Virus record (IMG/VR): IMGVR_UViG_3300029288_001928
Coordinates: 69,444 to 133,443 of that record
Strand: one strand, 5' to 3'
DNA from: a virus
Lineage: Duplodnaviria; Caudoviricetes
DNA: 64,000 nt
Translations under genes and position numbers: made by a program
Notes under the pieces: generated by a model
What the model was told of the DNA's origin: nothing
The model's input: only the letters and a program-made list of their open reading frames with translations
The model's database searches: none
Part shown: in pieces, positions 39,848 through 49,133 of the stretch
How positions within the stretch are numbered: position 1 is the first letter of the stretch
Layout of the letters: each line of letters starts with the position of its first letter

Positions 39848-41014
39848 TCAATCTAATGGTTTATTAAAAAATGTCCACATTGCAACTCGTAGAGCATCTT
39901 TATCACCAATTGCTTTACTTGGACTATCGCTTAATTTTACAACTGGTATCCCATTAACACTATTTAATTTGATAACAATATTTAATGGTTTACTATCGAA
40001 ATTATTTGTTAAGTGAGTACCAATCCCGAAACTACAACGGATTCTCCCTTTACAATAATTTGATATTGCAAGTGCCTTTTCACAATCTAGACCATCACTA
40101 AAGATAATCAATTTAGTTATCGGATCAATGCTCATTGTTTTATAATGTTCTATTGCTTTATCTGTAAATGAAAATGGGCATCCACTATCATGTCGTATTC
40201 CATCATATTCTCTTGATAGACTACCATCAAAATCTCGAAAAAACGCATCTGTTCCAAAAGTATCAGTCAATGCATATCCAAGCGATCCATTATATATTTC
40301 TTGCCATTTATGTAATGCAAATTTATTTGCATAACGAAGTCCTTCAAGCGCCGATATTCCTTGGACAAATTCATGTGCAACCGTTCCGATTGCTCTTAAA
40401 TTATGTTTCATTGCCAAAAACATATTACTTGTTCCAAAGAAATTATCAAAGTTCTTCAATTCCTTTACAACAATATTTTGTACTTCGAAACTCCTTCTGC
40501 GTCGTGTTCCAAAATCTGTAAATTTATCTTTCATTCGTGAAAGATATTTTCCTTTTTCTTTTGCTAAATATTCTTGATCTGCTTCCCAATCTTCACGTTT
40601 CCAATTAGTGTCAACATTGTTAAAGTATGATTCTGAAATAATTGCCATCAATGGAACTTCCCATAAAACAGTTTCATGCCACAAACCACTAATACTAATA
40701 TCTAAATCTCCATCAATGAGTTTTACACTCACTTGAGAAGCCTTAAACCTATAATTCTTCAAATAGTGTAAATAATATATTGGTAGGAACTTATAATCTT
40801 GTAAAAAATTAAGTTCTTCGTCCGTTAATACAAGATTTTCCATTTCTTTTATATTAGTCACAATATCATTATAGGAAGATCCATTAAACTTCATATTTGT
40901 ATTTCTATTAATGAATTTATATGTAACATGTGTAGTAGGATATAATTGCAAAATTGCATTTTGCATAGTTATTTTATATAAATCTGTGTCTAATATGGAT
41001 TTGATATATCCCAT
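39848..41014 (-). CDS. pncB: Nicotinate phosphoribosyltransferase
   Basis: SILDTDLYK.TMQ, LWEVPL, DFGTRRR, GTSN, GTVAHE (phospho-His), LTDTFG, RHDSG, FSDGL, FGIGT.L, K.SD...K. Confidence 0.95.
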   Translation of the reverse strand: MGYIKSILDTDLYKITMQNAILQLYPTTHVTYKFINRNTNMKFNGSSYNDIVTNIKEMENLVLTDEELNFLQDYKFLPIYYLHYLKNYRFKASQVSVKLIDGDLDISISGLWHETVLWEVPLMAIISESYFNNVDTNWKREDWEADQEYLAKEKGKYLSRMKDKFTDFGTRRRRSFEVQNIVVKELKNFDNFFGTSNMFLAMKHNLRAIGTVAHEFVQGISALEGLRYANKFALHKWQEIYNGSLGYALTDTFGTDAFFRDFDGSLSREYDGIRHDSGCPFSFTDKAIEHYKTMSIDPITKLIIFSDGLDCEKALAISNYCKGRIRCSFGIGTHLTNNFDSKPLNIVIKLNSVNGIPVVKLSDSPSKAIGDKDALRVAMWTFFNKPLD

Positions 41015-41034
41015 GGTGTATTCCTTATGGCACG

Positions 41035-41062
41035 ATTATAAAAGACTATTTTTGAAAGTCAA
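41035..41062 (-). promoter_or_regulatory. Early promoter of pncB-nadE (TTGACT-N16-TATAAT)
   Basis: Consensus elements just downstream of the 41066-41102 terminator; a second N16 promoter at 38138-38165 precedes rSAM-pncA. Confidence 0.75.
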
Positions 41063-41065
41063 ATA

Positions 41066-41102
41066 AAAATAGCCACCTACTATGATAATAGGTGGCTATT
41101 TT
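41066..41102. terminator. Intrinsic terminator separating the rSAM/SPASM operon from the NAD cluster
   Basis: AAAATAGCCACCTA/TAGGTGGCTATTTT inverted repeat. Confidence 0.85.
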
Positions 41103-41119
41103 AACTAATATTTTAAGAA

Positions 41120-41482
41120 TCAATTTTCAATATCTATACACATTCCACCCAAAGACTTAATTAGTTTTTCATATTCATATATTGCTTCACCTGCTAAATC
41201 TGATATATCATCATCGGGTGAAATATCTTCTTCTTTCATTCCACCTTGAATGACTGCCTCTTTATAAGAGGTATATTCAAATGGAGAATTATTTCCAGAT
41301 GCACCAGAAACAGTTATAATAGTTTCTGAACCTAATTGTTTTTGGTTGATACCAAAAAACCGTACAATAGCTTTTTGTACATCGTGCAATTTTTTCATTG
41401 CTTGTTCATGTTGTTCTTTTGTTGAAATTATAACGAAAGAACTAGAACTTGAGTTAGTTACAAAGTCGGCACGAATTTTCAT
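41120..41482 (-). CDS. MKIRxDFVTNSSSSSF-motif protein (paralog 2)
   Basis: N-terminus MKIRADFVTNSSSSSFVI. Confidence 0.85.
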   Translation of the reverse strand: MKIRADFVTNSSSSSFVIISTKEQHEQAMKKLHDVQKAIVRFFGINQKQLGSETIITVSGASGNNSPFEYTSYKEAVIQGGMKEEDISPDDDISDLAGEAIYEYEKLIKSLGGMCIDIEN

Positions 41483-41724
41483 GTTTTCTCCTTTTGGTTA
41501 AAGATTTCGTTCATTTCTTCGTCGGTTGCGTATCGTATTTTAGAATCGTTCTTTTCCATATGTTTTAATGCACGATTTATAGCGTTTTCTAATGTTATTC
41601 CTACGCCAGATCCATATGCAAAGAATCTCCAAACTCTTACTTCGTATTGGAATCCATGCCGAGGCCAATCTCGTTTATAAATTGAGTAATCAGTACATTC
41701 TTCAAGTTTTTTAAATACATCCAT
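41479..41724 (-). CDS. Small hypothetical protein with G.G.TLE.AI motif
   Basis: 81-aa ORF translationally coupled to the next gene. Confidence 0.65.
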   Translation of the reverse strand: MDVFKKLEECTDYSIYKRDWPRHGFQYEVRVWRFFAYGSGVGITLENAINRALKHMEKNDSKIRYATDEEMNEIFNQKEKT

Positions 41725-41735
41725 ATTATTTTCCT

Positions 41736-42371
41736 TTAATGATGACTTATTCTAAGATTAGGCAAAGTATCAAATATTCCTCCATGTTCTAAAAGTCCTT
41801 CTCCACTATTATCTGAATATGTTAATACTGCAACATATTTGTCTTTATATTTTTCTTTAAATAATTCTATAACTTTATTAGAAATTTTATTTATTTTATT
41901 GTTATATTCATCGGATAATATTTCATATAATTTCTTTTCTTCCGCATTTTCTGATGATGGATAAGATTGACCAGTCAATCTTTCAAATTCATCACTATAA
42001 TTTTCTGGTATTTCATTTATATCTAAGAATTCTGAAATTATATCTTTATATTTATCGTTTGATCTATGTATTGGCGCATTATGTAAATATGATTCGATTT
42101 CATCTTTAACTATTTGCCATACATCACATGTTACAGATTTATTTTTTTCATATGAATAATGTGTATATGAAATATTGTTTAAATCTGAAAATACACGATT
42201 GATTATATCATCTACCGTTAGAGTATAATCATATTCTCTAATTATGGAATTTCCTGATACACCAGGATACATCATTTTCTTTAATTCTTCTTTTGTTTCT
42301 GGATTTTTATCAAATAAAACTATAAAAGAACTTGAACTTGAGTTAGTTACAAAATCTGTTCTAATTTTCAT
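41736..42371 (-). CDS. MKIRxDFVTNSSSSSF-motif protein (paralog 1)
   Basis: N-terminus MKIRTDFVTNSSSSSFIV; C-terminal YSDN.G..LEHG.IF..LP..RISHH; ATGA overlap with the rSAM gene. Confidence 0.85.
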   Translation of the reverse strand: MKIRTDFVTNSSSSSFIVLFDKNPETKEELKKMMYPGVSGNSIIREYDYTLTVDDIINRVFSDLNNISYTHYSYEKNKSVTCDVWQIVKDEIESYLHNAPIHRSNDKYKDIISEFLDINEIPENYSDEFERLTGQSYPSSENAEEKKLYEILSDEYNNKINKISNKVIELFKEKYKDKYVAVLTYSDNSGEGLLEHGGIFDTLPNLRISHH

Positions 42372-43501
42372 TTTAAATCCTTTTCTTTTAAATCACATAA
42401 TACTATTTCTCGTTTAATTGGGCATCCACCCATACATAAATCTCTTTTTGTACATGATGGACAAGAATTTTTCATATGCAATCTAAATTCATTAAATTGT
42501 TCACTGTTCCATGCTTCCTCTAGTGTAAATTGTTTTAAATCTACACCCCACTTAAAATCTTGGTCAAATGAGCAAGGTATTGCAATCATATCGGAAGAAA
42601 TATAGTGGCTGTACCTACCCCCCTCACAACTATCTATAGAATAAGAACTTACATTGTTTGTATAGTTTAAAATCCCAGGAACAGTACAACTATCAAATCC
42701 TATTTTGAATGATGGTTTACAAGTGTCAATGAGTGAGAAGAAATGTTTTAATTTAGGATCATTCGGTTTAATTACGTTATTTTGACAACCTAAACCAACT
42801 GGTTTGTGTAGAAGGAATATTACTGCGTTTATTCCTTTTGGAAAGGAATCATTTATAATCCTTTCAATAGCTTCATCTATAGTATTATTTCCTAATACAT
42901 AGTGGATATTTGTTTTACATCCATAATCAATAAATCTTTTTATTGCTGATATAGTATGGTCATTACGATACCAAGAAATTGCTACCGCACCACAACAAGA
43001 TTTAGTTAATTCAATTTCTGTATCCGTTAAATCTAATCCACTTGTAGTGTAATTAGGAACAATATAATTATCACGACAATATGATAATATTTCCCCAAAA
43101 TGTTCATGTTTATTTGGGTCTCCCCTACCACCCAATGCAAATTGTTGGATTTTACCTTTACACTGATCTACAATTGTTTTAAAATCATTTAGTGTCATAT
43201 TAGGTTTACTAATATTTTTACCATTTTGATAGCATTGAACACCAGCATTTAAGCATAAGCCTTTTTCACCATTTAAACATCTTCCCATAATACCAACGTC
43301 TATGAGGGATGGGTATGATCCCATAAACGGATCAACACCAGTATCCTTGCCATTTTCATCTAGGATTCCAGTACGCATATAGAATCCTGTTTTCATATTA
43401 AAAACAGAATAGAATTTAAATTGTTTATCGAATTGATGGATTTCGTCACCATGTTTAAAAGATTTTAATTTATCATTATCTATTAAAGTAACTTGGTGCA
43501 T
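42368..43501 (-). CDS. Radical SAM/SPASM-domain enzyme with atypical CX7CX6C cluster motif
   Basis: CLNGEKGLCLNAGVQCYQ, ALGGRGDP, NYTTSG; SPASM cysteines CEGG, PCSF, CPSC...CMGGCP. Confidence 0.85.
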   Translation of the reverse strand: MHQVTLIDNDKLKSFKHGDEIHQFDKQFKFYSVFNMKTGFYMRTGILDENGKDTGVDPFMGSYPSLIDVGIMGRCLNGEKGLCLNAGVQCYQNGKNISKPNMTLNDFKTIVDQCKGKIQQFALGGRGDPNKHEHFGEILSYCRDNYIVPNYTTSGLDLTDTEIELTKSCCGAVAISWYRNDHTISAIKRFIDYGCKTNIHYVLGNNTIDEAIERIINDSFPKGINAVIFLLHKPVGLGCQNNVIKPNDPKLKHFFSLIDTCKPSFKIGFDSCTVPGILNYTNNVSSYSIDSCEGGRYSHYISSDMIAIPCSFDQDFKWGVDLKQFTLEEAWNSEQFNEFRLHMKNSCPSCTKRDLCMGGCPIKREIVLCDLKEKDLK

Positions 43502-43684
43502 TTTAATGCCTTTCTTATATACAAGTTTATCTTCATTTTAGTGAAAGTCAATAACTGTTTTAAATATAAAAATAATGTTTTAATTATTCCAAAACATGCC
43601 AATGCATTATAGCTTGTTTCTGTTTTACAATATGGGCATTTATTTTTAATAAATATTTTGTTGCAGTAAATGCTAGCACATAAT

Positions 43685-44242
43685 TTAAACTTCATGCAAA
43701 TAATTTTTCCTATAATTTTTTAGATATGTTAATACACTTAAATGTAATTCTGCTTTATGATAAAAATTTTGCATGTCTTCGCTGGATGAATCGTATATAG
43801 GTTTTTCGTTTTCTACTATTTCTATTGCGTCTTTACATGTATTAGTATTAGTATTAGCAAATACTCTATGGATATATGATCCAACGTATTTAGAAAATCC
43901 TGGTCCTGTTGTATCAATATCTAACATTTCTTCTGCAAGACATTTTAAACAAGTACATGGTATACATACACAGTCTCCTGTATGCGATCCGTTCAATGCG
44001 GAAACATATTCATCAAATAATGTATTTAAATATTGCTCTCTTTCTTCTGTATATAAATTACAATCTTCTGCTTCTGATAGAGCACGTTGTAAGTTATAAT
44101 TTTCTTTTGTTAAATAAAATTTTATAGAAAATACTACATCTTCCAAATTTTCTTTTTCTACTTTTAATCTTAGATATTTTTTATCAAAAGTATCTAAGTC
44201 AACAATAGAATTTAATGGGTTTTGAGTGTAAATTATTTTCAC
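43685..44242 (-). CDS. Hypothetical protein with Cys cluster
   Basis: H.GDC.C.PC.C.KC motif. Confidence 0.65.
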   Translation of the reverse strand: MKIIYTQNPLNSIVDLDTFDKKYLRLKVEKENLEDVVFSIKFYLTKENYNLQRALSEAEDCNLYTEEREQYLNTLFDEYVSALNGSHTGDCVCIPCTCLKCLAEEMLDIDTTGPGFSKYVGSYIHRVFANTNTNTCKDAIEIVENEKPIYDSSSEDMQNFYHKAELHLSVLTYLKNYRKNYLHEV

Positions 44243-45276
44243 AGCCCGACACCTTTATTTAATTGTTCCATAAACCACAATCTTGCTTTATTTGATACTG
44301 GTTTAGCAACTTGTTTTATTTCAAGATTATTATTTACAATAACATCCAATTCTTCTTTGGCAATGTCTCCCATAATCCACTTTAGGAATTCTCCCATTTT
44401 AGTAATATCTAGATTACCATCTGGGAAAACCTTTTGTAATCCTTGGGTTAGTCGATTTTCAGTTAACGCATAATCAACAAACTTTTGTATTGATTCTAAT
44501 ACTTCCGTATCGACTGGTGCTAAAGTCTTTACTTTGGAAATACTATGTTTCTCCCCTTTTACTTTGAAAATATGACGTTGATCATTATGCCAGCCTTCCC
44601 ATACAACACCTTCTCCGACACCAGATACGCCAAATGCCTTGCCTACAGGGCATTCCTTTTCAACTTGTTCTGTAATTTCAACAAGTTTATTCTGTGCTAA
44701 TTGTGGTAAAGAAAAATCAATGTCGATTGTAAATGTAGGATAATCTTTTATGTTAAAGATTCTATTTTCTGTTGAACGAATATTATCACATGGATAATAT
44801 GATCCATCATAATTACCTTCTTCATTCTTTTTTGAAATTTTAACTGCAAAGATTATAAAAAGTTTATCAACTTCTGCAATAGCAACGGATTTCTGAATAC
44901 CCTTACCAGCCCATTCACCGAAAATGGTTATAATATCTTCTATAGATGCATTATACTTGTTTCGTATATCAACAAGCATCGTCTTGAAAATATCTTGATT
45001 TTTGTAAACGAATTGTGCAAATCCGTTATTATCTGATGTTGGAGTAATAACACGCTCACGGGATTGTACCCAAATTTCATCATTTTGTAAGCAAATACCG
45101 GAGTTCGTGCCATGGATTTTGGTCGTTCCAGTAAAAGTAATTACTGGAAGTGCAATAGTAGGATCAAAAATAGGATCCCCCTTTTCATCTTTACCTTTAT
45201 AACGAGCATGGTCCGTAACTGCTTTAATAACGTTACGAAACTGCCCAATATCTGTAAAACTAATGTGTGTAGACAT
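44239..45276 (-). CDS. ATP-dependent RNA ligase, Rnl2-like
   Basis: Motif I KIHGTN, QSR, FGEWAG.GIQ, motif IV EGVV, motif V FKVK. Confidence 0.85.
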   Translation of the reverse strand: MSTHISFTDIGQFRNVIKAVTDHARYKGKDEKGDPIFDPTIALPVITFTGTTKIHGTNSGICLQNDEIWVQSRERVITPTSDNNGFAQFVYKNQDIFKTMLVDIRNKYNASIEDIITIFGEWAGKGIQKSVAIAEVDKLFIIFAVKISKKNEEGNYDGSYYPCDNIRSTENRIFNIKDYPTFTIDIDFSLPQLAQNKLVEITEQVEKECPVGKAFGVSGVGEGVVWEGWHNDQRHIFKVKGEKHSISKVKTLAPVDTEVLESIQKFVDYALTENRLTQGLQKVFPDGNLDITKMGEFLKWIMGDIAKEELDVIVNNNLEIKQVAKPVSNKARLWFMEQLNKGVGL

Positions 45277-45321
45277 AGTATCTTCCTTTATGTTCGTATC
45301 ATATCATTCAAAAAATAAAAG

Positions 45322-46329
45322 TCAAATATTATATTTTTGTTCTTTGAGATATTTTTCTATTGCTTTTCCAAATTTAGACCATTCTTTTGGTCCCATATCT
45401 AATTCTTGTTGTATATTTTCAAGTGTTATTGAATATTCTCTTTCTTTACACTTATTTACTGCTTCATTTACTCTTTCCTGCATAGTTTCATCAAATCTTG
45501 CCCAATGGACTTCTTCAATATCTTTTGGTTTAATTTTGTACATAGTATCGTTTATAACAAATCCGTCTTTGTCTAACAAATATAAAACTTTTCCTTCTGT
45601 TATAAAGTGATTGTATTCATATTTGTGTGTTAATCCTTTTGATTTACGATATCCTTCATTCTTTTTGAAATCATATTCTTGGTCGTATTTACACATTCCG
45701 ACAATATCTGTATCGTTATCTACAACATAAACTGATCCATGAAGTATTGGACGGATTTTTCCATTTTTGTGAATGGTAAATAATGGCTTTAATTGTAGAG
45801 CAAACTCATAAGCTACCAAATGAGGTTCTTTTGTTCCACATAATTCAAAACTTATTGCATGACTGGAAGGATCATACATCCAATTATCAAAATATACTTT
45901 CCAGTTTGTAGTTTTATTCATTGCTTCTTTTACAAGAGTTAAGAAATTTCCATTTTCTCCATCATTTATAAATGGAGTGCCTTTACTCTTTGCTGTCACG
46001 CAAGGATTATTTTTATCATCATAATACTTGTAAAATAATACATTCATTCCGTTCCACTTTTCAATGAGTGTAAATGAATGTACGTTTTTAAACTCAATAT
46101 AGTCTGTTGAATTTTCTTTATATGGATATGCCAATTTTGGAGTTGCCCAAATTATTTGAGTAGTATCTTTTCCATTGACATTAGTTATTACTAATGATCC
46201 GCCATTCTTATTTCTTTTACGACAAATAAATCCTTTTACTTTATTATTGGTAAATGGATCCATTCTATCAAAAGTATCTACATTCTTTGGACTTACACCA
46301 AAAAGTGTTGCAACATCATTAATATCCAT
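45322..46329 (-). CDS. ATP-dependent RNA ligase, Rnl1-like and divergent
   Basis: PKL.Y, motif I EKWNG, SFELCG...H...Y, motif IV EGKV, motif V YKIK. Confidence 0.7.
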   Translation of the reverse strand: MDINDVATLFGVSPKNVDTFDRMDPFTNNKVKGFICRKRNKNGGSLVITNVNGKDTTQIIWATPKLAYPYKENSTDYIEFKNVHSFTLIEKWNGMNVLFYKYYDDKNNPCVTAKSKGTPFINDGENGNFLTLVKEAMNKTTNWKVYFDNWMYDPSSHAISFELCGTKEPHLVAYEFALQLKPLFTIHKNGKIRPILHGSVYVVDNDTDIVGMCKYDQEYDFKKNEGYRKSKGLTHKYEYNHFITEGKVLYLLDKDGFVINDTMYKIKPKDIEEVHWARFDETMQERVNEAVNKCKEREYSITLENIQQELDMGPKEWSKFGKAIEKYLKEQKYNI

Positions 46330-46423
46330 GGTATTTTCCTTTGACCAGATTATATCAAAGAGATTTCAAAAGTCAATAGGCAAAAAATAATCAACTGTTC
46401 TATTTTTGAGCAGTTAAAAATAT

Positions 46424-47299
46424 TTAGTATTTTTTATTATCTACTATATATTTTTTACCATGCCATCCAATATACTTTTTATCTCTTGGTATGTATTCAG
46501 ATAGTTTTCCACTATCAAGATCTATAATTTTCATTAATATATGTAAATTATATCCATTTTCTTTACAAAATGTTTTTAAACATCTGGTTCTTTTTTCTCC
46601 TTCTGGAGTATCAAAAACATATTCATATTTAGCATTTGGAGAATTTTCTCCTCGTCTATTATCATTCAACCATTTTTCAATTTCTTCATCTGTTTTATTT
46701 CTAAAAATTGGATTATTTTTTCCTTTGTATTGTTCTTCTATATATTTTTTTCGTTGTTCCTCGTCCAAACATCTATATAACCAAAAATTATCTCCCCTAT
46801 ATTTGTTTTCTAAAAATTGCTCATATTCATCATCAGATTTATATTTTTTATGAGAATGATTTTTACCACATAGATTTTCTTTTATCCATATTTCTTTTTC
46901 TTCTTTTGAAATTCCCTTTGATAACCAATAAGATTCTCCCCGTTTATATTTTTTAATATAATTTTCTCTTTCTTTTTCTGTCATTTTATTAAGATAATGT
47001 AAATTTCCTGATAATCCACATGCATACCCATATTCTCCTCCAATAGATAAATTATAAACATCCTCTCTTGATATAAATTCTTTTGTTACTATTTTTTGTT
47101 CTGCATTAAATGCAGATGCTTCATCTTCATAAAAAGAAAGTATTTCTCTGATAAAATTATTTTTTCCGTATTTTTTAACATCTTCTAATAATAATTTTCC
47201 ACTTCCTATATATCCATCTTCGATATTTTCAGTAGAATGTTTTCCTATATAAATTTTATTATTTAAAATATTGGTTGTTTTATATATAAAATGAAACAT
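46424..47299 (-). CDS. GIY-YIG homing endonuclease (Seg-like)
   Basis: FIYKTTN..N.KIYIGKH...YIGSG...YG..NF.REIL...E...YN. Confidence 0.9.
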   Translation of the reverse strand: MFHFIYKTTNILNNKIYIGKHSTENIEDGYIGSGKLLLEDVKKYGKNNFIREILSFYEDEASAFNAEQKIVTKEFISREDVYNLSIGGEYGYACGLSGNLHYLNKMTEKERENYIKKYKRGESYWLSKGISKEEKEIWIKENLCGKNHSHKKYKSDDEYEQFLENKYRGDNFWLYRCLDEEQRKKYIEEQYKGKNNPIFRNKTDEEIEKWLNDNRRGENSPNAKYEYVFDTPEGEKRTRCLKTFCKENGYNLHILMKIIDLDSGKLSEYIPRDKKYIGWHGKKYIVDNKKY

Positions 47300-47350
47300 T
47301 ATAAATCTCCATGCGTGTATAATTTATTTATACACGAATGAAAATTTATA
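47300..47350 (-). promoter_or_regulatory. RBS-sequestering hairpin containing a late promoter, upstream of the GIY-YIG gene
   Basis: Minus strand TATAAAT-TTT-CAT-T-CGTGTATA-loop-TATACACG-C-ATG-GAG-ATTTATA-ATG; TATAAATA at 47325-47332. Confidence 0.75.
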
Positions 47351-47377
47351 TAATATATTTTATTAAATATTACCTAT

Positions 47378-47788
47378 TTAATTCTCATACATATTTGCAA
47401 TATCATTTAATGTTAAATTTTTTAATAACTCAAATGCTTCTGATATACTCAATTCTTTTTTATAGCTTTCAAGTGCTTCTTTATGTGCATCCTCATATGC
47501 TTTTTTAATACAATCATTATAAGATTTTTGTACTTTTTCAAATTCTTTAACTCTAGTTGTTATATTCTTACACCAAGCAAGTAAATGCCCTACCAACTTT
47601 TCAATTGAGTCCGTTTCTGCATCTTCTTTAAATCCATATTCTTTAAAAACTGTTTTAAAATAATCTCTTATATCTTTTTCTAGATTAGAATCCATGTGAC
47701 AGTCTCCTTTATCTAGACGCATTATAATCAAATATGTTTGGAAGTCAAATACTTTCTTTAAGTCCGTTCGGGACAATAGGTTGTCCAT
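47378..47788 (-). CDS. Hypothetical protein
   Basis: N-terminus MDNLLSR.D resembles that of the upstream HNH-ligase (MISNLLTRDD). Confidence 0.55.
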   Translation of the reverse strand: MDNLLSRTDLKKVFDFQTYLIIMRLDKGDCHMDSNLEKDIRDYFKTVFKEYGFKEDAETDSIEKLVGHLLAWCKNITTRVKEFEKVQKSYNDCIKKAYEDAHKEALESYKKELSISEAFELLKNLTLNDIANMYEN

Positions 47789-48764
47789 GCATCCAATGTT
47801 TTACAGTTTGTATATGGTTTTTACGGACATATTTACCTACTTTATGTCTAAATTCACCATAACTAAATGATTCTACTATCCTTACAACATAACCTTCTTC
47901 TTTTATAGGATCAATTTTTAAACTCTTGATCAATTTTTGATCAAATATACCTCTATATATTTCTTCTACTGGACATATATTTAATAATTGGAACCATTCA
48001 AGAGTATCGTTCCATGATAAACAAATGTTTTTATCATTCCAAATGGAGAATCCCATAAAATACGAGTTTAAATCATTATAGTGAATAGAATGTTCCGCAT
48101 AAAGATTTTCACCACAAATTCTCCATCCATCTGGTATTTCATGTGCAATAGATGACCAAAAGTTTTTTAACCAATTTCTAGAAGGATGGTTTTTAGAATC
48201 AATACTTCTAGCATGAATATAATCATTATATAATGTCGAATTCTCACCATCCTTTTTAATAGTTACAACAACTTCTTTATCTTTAAACCCATCTAAACTA
48301 TCTAACATCCTATCGTCATCATTCATGTTTTCTGACCAAGGAAGATGATATGTTCTAGGATATTTTACATACTTTGTGAATGTGTGTAAAACGTCTTTTA
48401 GAATCTTTTGTACATTTTCGTCGTAAAATAATTCGCCCTTTAGTCTTTGCCCATTAGGAAGAATTATATTACCCCATTTATCATATTGTTGATCTTCGTA
48501 TAGGTGTGGAGGAAGGATTGGTTTTTTAATTCCTATTAATTCTCTAAGATATTCTACTGTTATTATAGTTTTTTCACACCTAATATGACATTCTTCACAC
48601 ACGGATGCGCCATTATTTAAATAATATCCAAAATCTGGAAATAATCTGCGTTCCATTATATGATGTGCGTCAACTGCCGGATTTTGACATACAACACACT
48701 TATTGTTGTCTCTCTTAAAGACACCATTACGAAAATCATCTCTTGTTAATAAATTGGAAATCAT
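47745..48764 (-). CDS. HNH domain fused to an RNA ligase-like nucleotidyltransferase
   Basis: RD..KCVVC...DAHHI...NG..VC..CH HNH; KYPRT.HLPWS, KKDGEN, GEN.YA.HSI, EGYVVR, KYVR. Confidence 0.85.
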   Translation of the reverse strand: MISNLLTRDDFRNGVFKRDNNKCVVCQNPAVDAHHIMERRLFPDFGYYLNNGASVCEECHIRCEKTIITVEYLRELIGIKKPILPPHLYEDQQYDKWGNIILPNGQRLKGELFYDENVQKILKDVLHTFTKYVKYPRTYHLPWSENMNDDDRMLDSLDGFKDKEVVVTIKKDGENSTLYNDYIHARSIDSKNHPSRNWLKNFWSSIAHEIPDGWRICGENLYAEHSIHYNDLNSYFMGFSIWNDKNICLSWNDTLEWFQLLNICPVEEIYRGIFDQKLIKSLKIDPIKEEGYVVRIVESFSYGEFRHKVGKYVRKNHIQTVKHWMHGQPIVPNGLKESI

Positions 48765-48893
48765 TTTAAATTCCTTACGGCAAATTATAAATCAATATAA
48801 TCCAAAGTCAATAACAAAAAATAATTTGACATTTAAATTAGTTACAATATAATCAAAAACTTGCTACCACTAAACTAAGAAGGGAGTAAAGTC

Positions 48894-49133
48894 GTGGAAA
48901 ATGAACTCGTACCTCCGGATCCGATGCATTGCATTATTGTGCGGGCACCACCAGTAAAGGAGTATGCTCTAGCATTTCTAACTGCAGCGGCTCGTAGCGG
49001 AGATGAAGGAACAATCCGGCTCGCTGCACATCTTACAGGAGCGGAACCGTGCGAGGGGTGCGGATTCATATGGAACCATTGTCGGTGTAAGCCCAAAACT
49101 GCAATGGCACAAATCAAAGAAAAGATATTATAA
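48894..49133 (+). CDS. Small hypothetical protein with C-terminal zinc-finger-like motif, GC-richer than its surroundings
   Basis: SD AAGGGAG, GTG start, CEGC...CRC; N16 promoter upstream. Confidence 0.6.
   Translation: MENELVPPDPMHCIIVRAPPVKEYALAFLTAAARSGDEGTIRLAAHLTGAEPCEGCGFIWNHCRCKPKTAMAQIKEKIL

Noticed and set aside
39848-41014. Nampt/NadV (NARP2) call
   Set aside because: Motifs (DTDLYK, DFGTRRR, GTVAHE, RHDSG) are PncB-type, and linkage to pncA and nadE fits the nicotinate route
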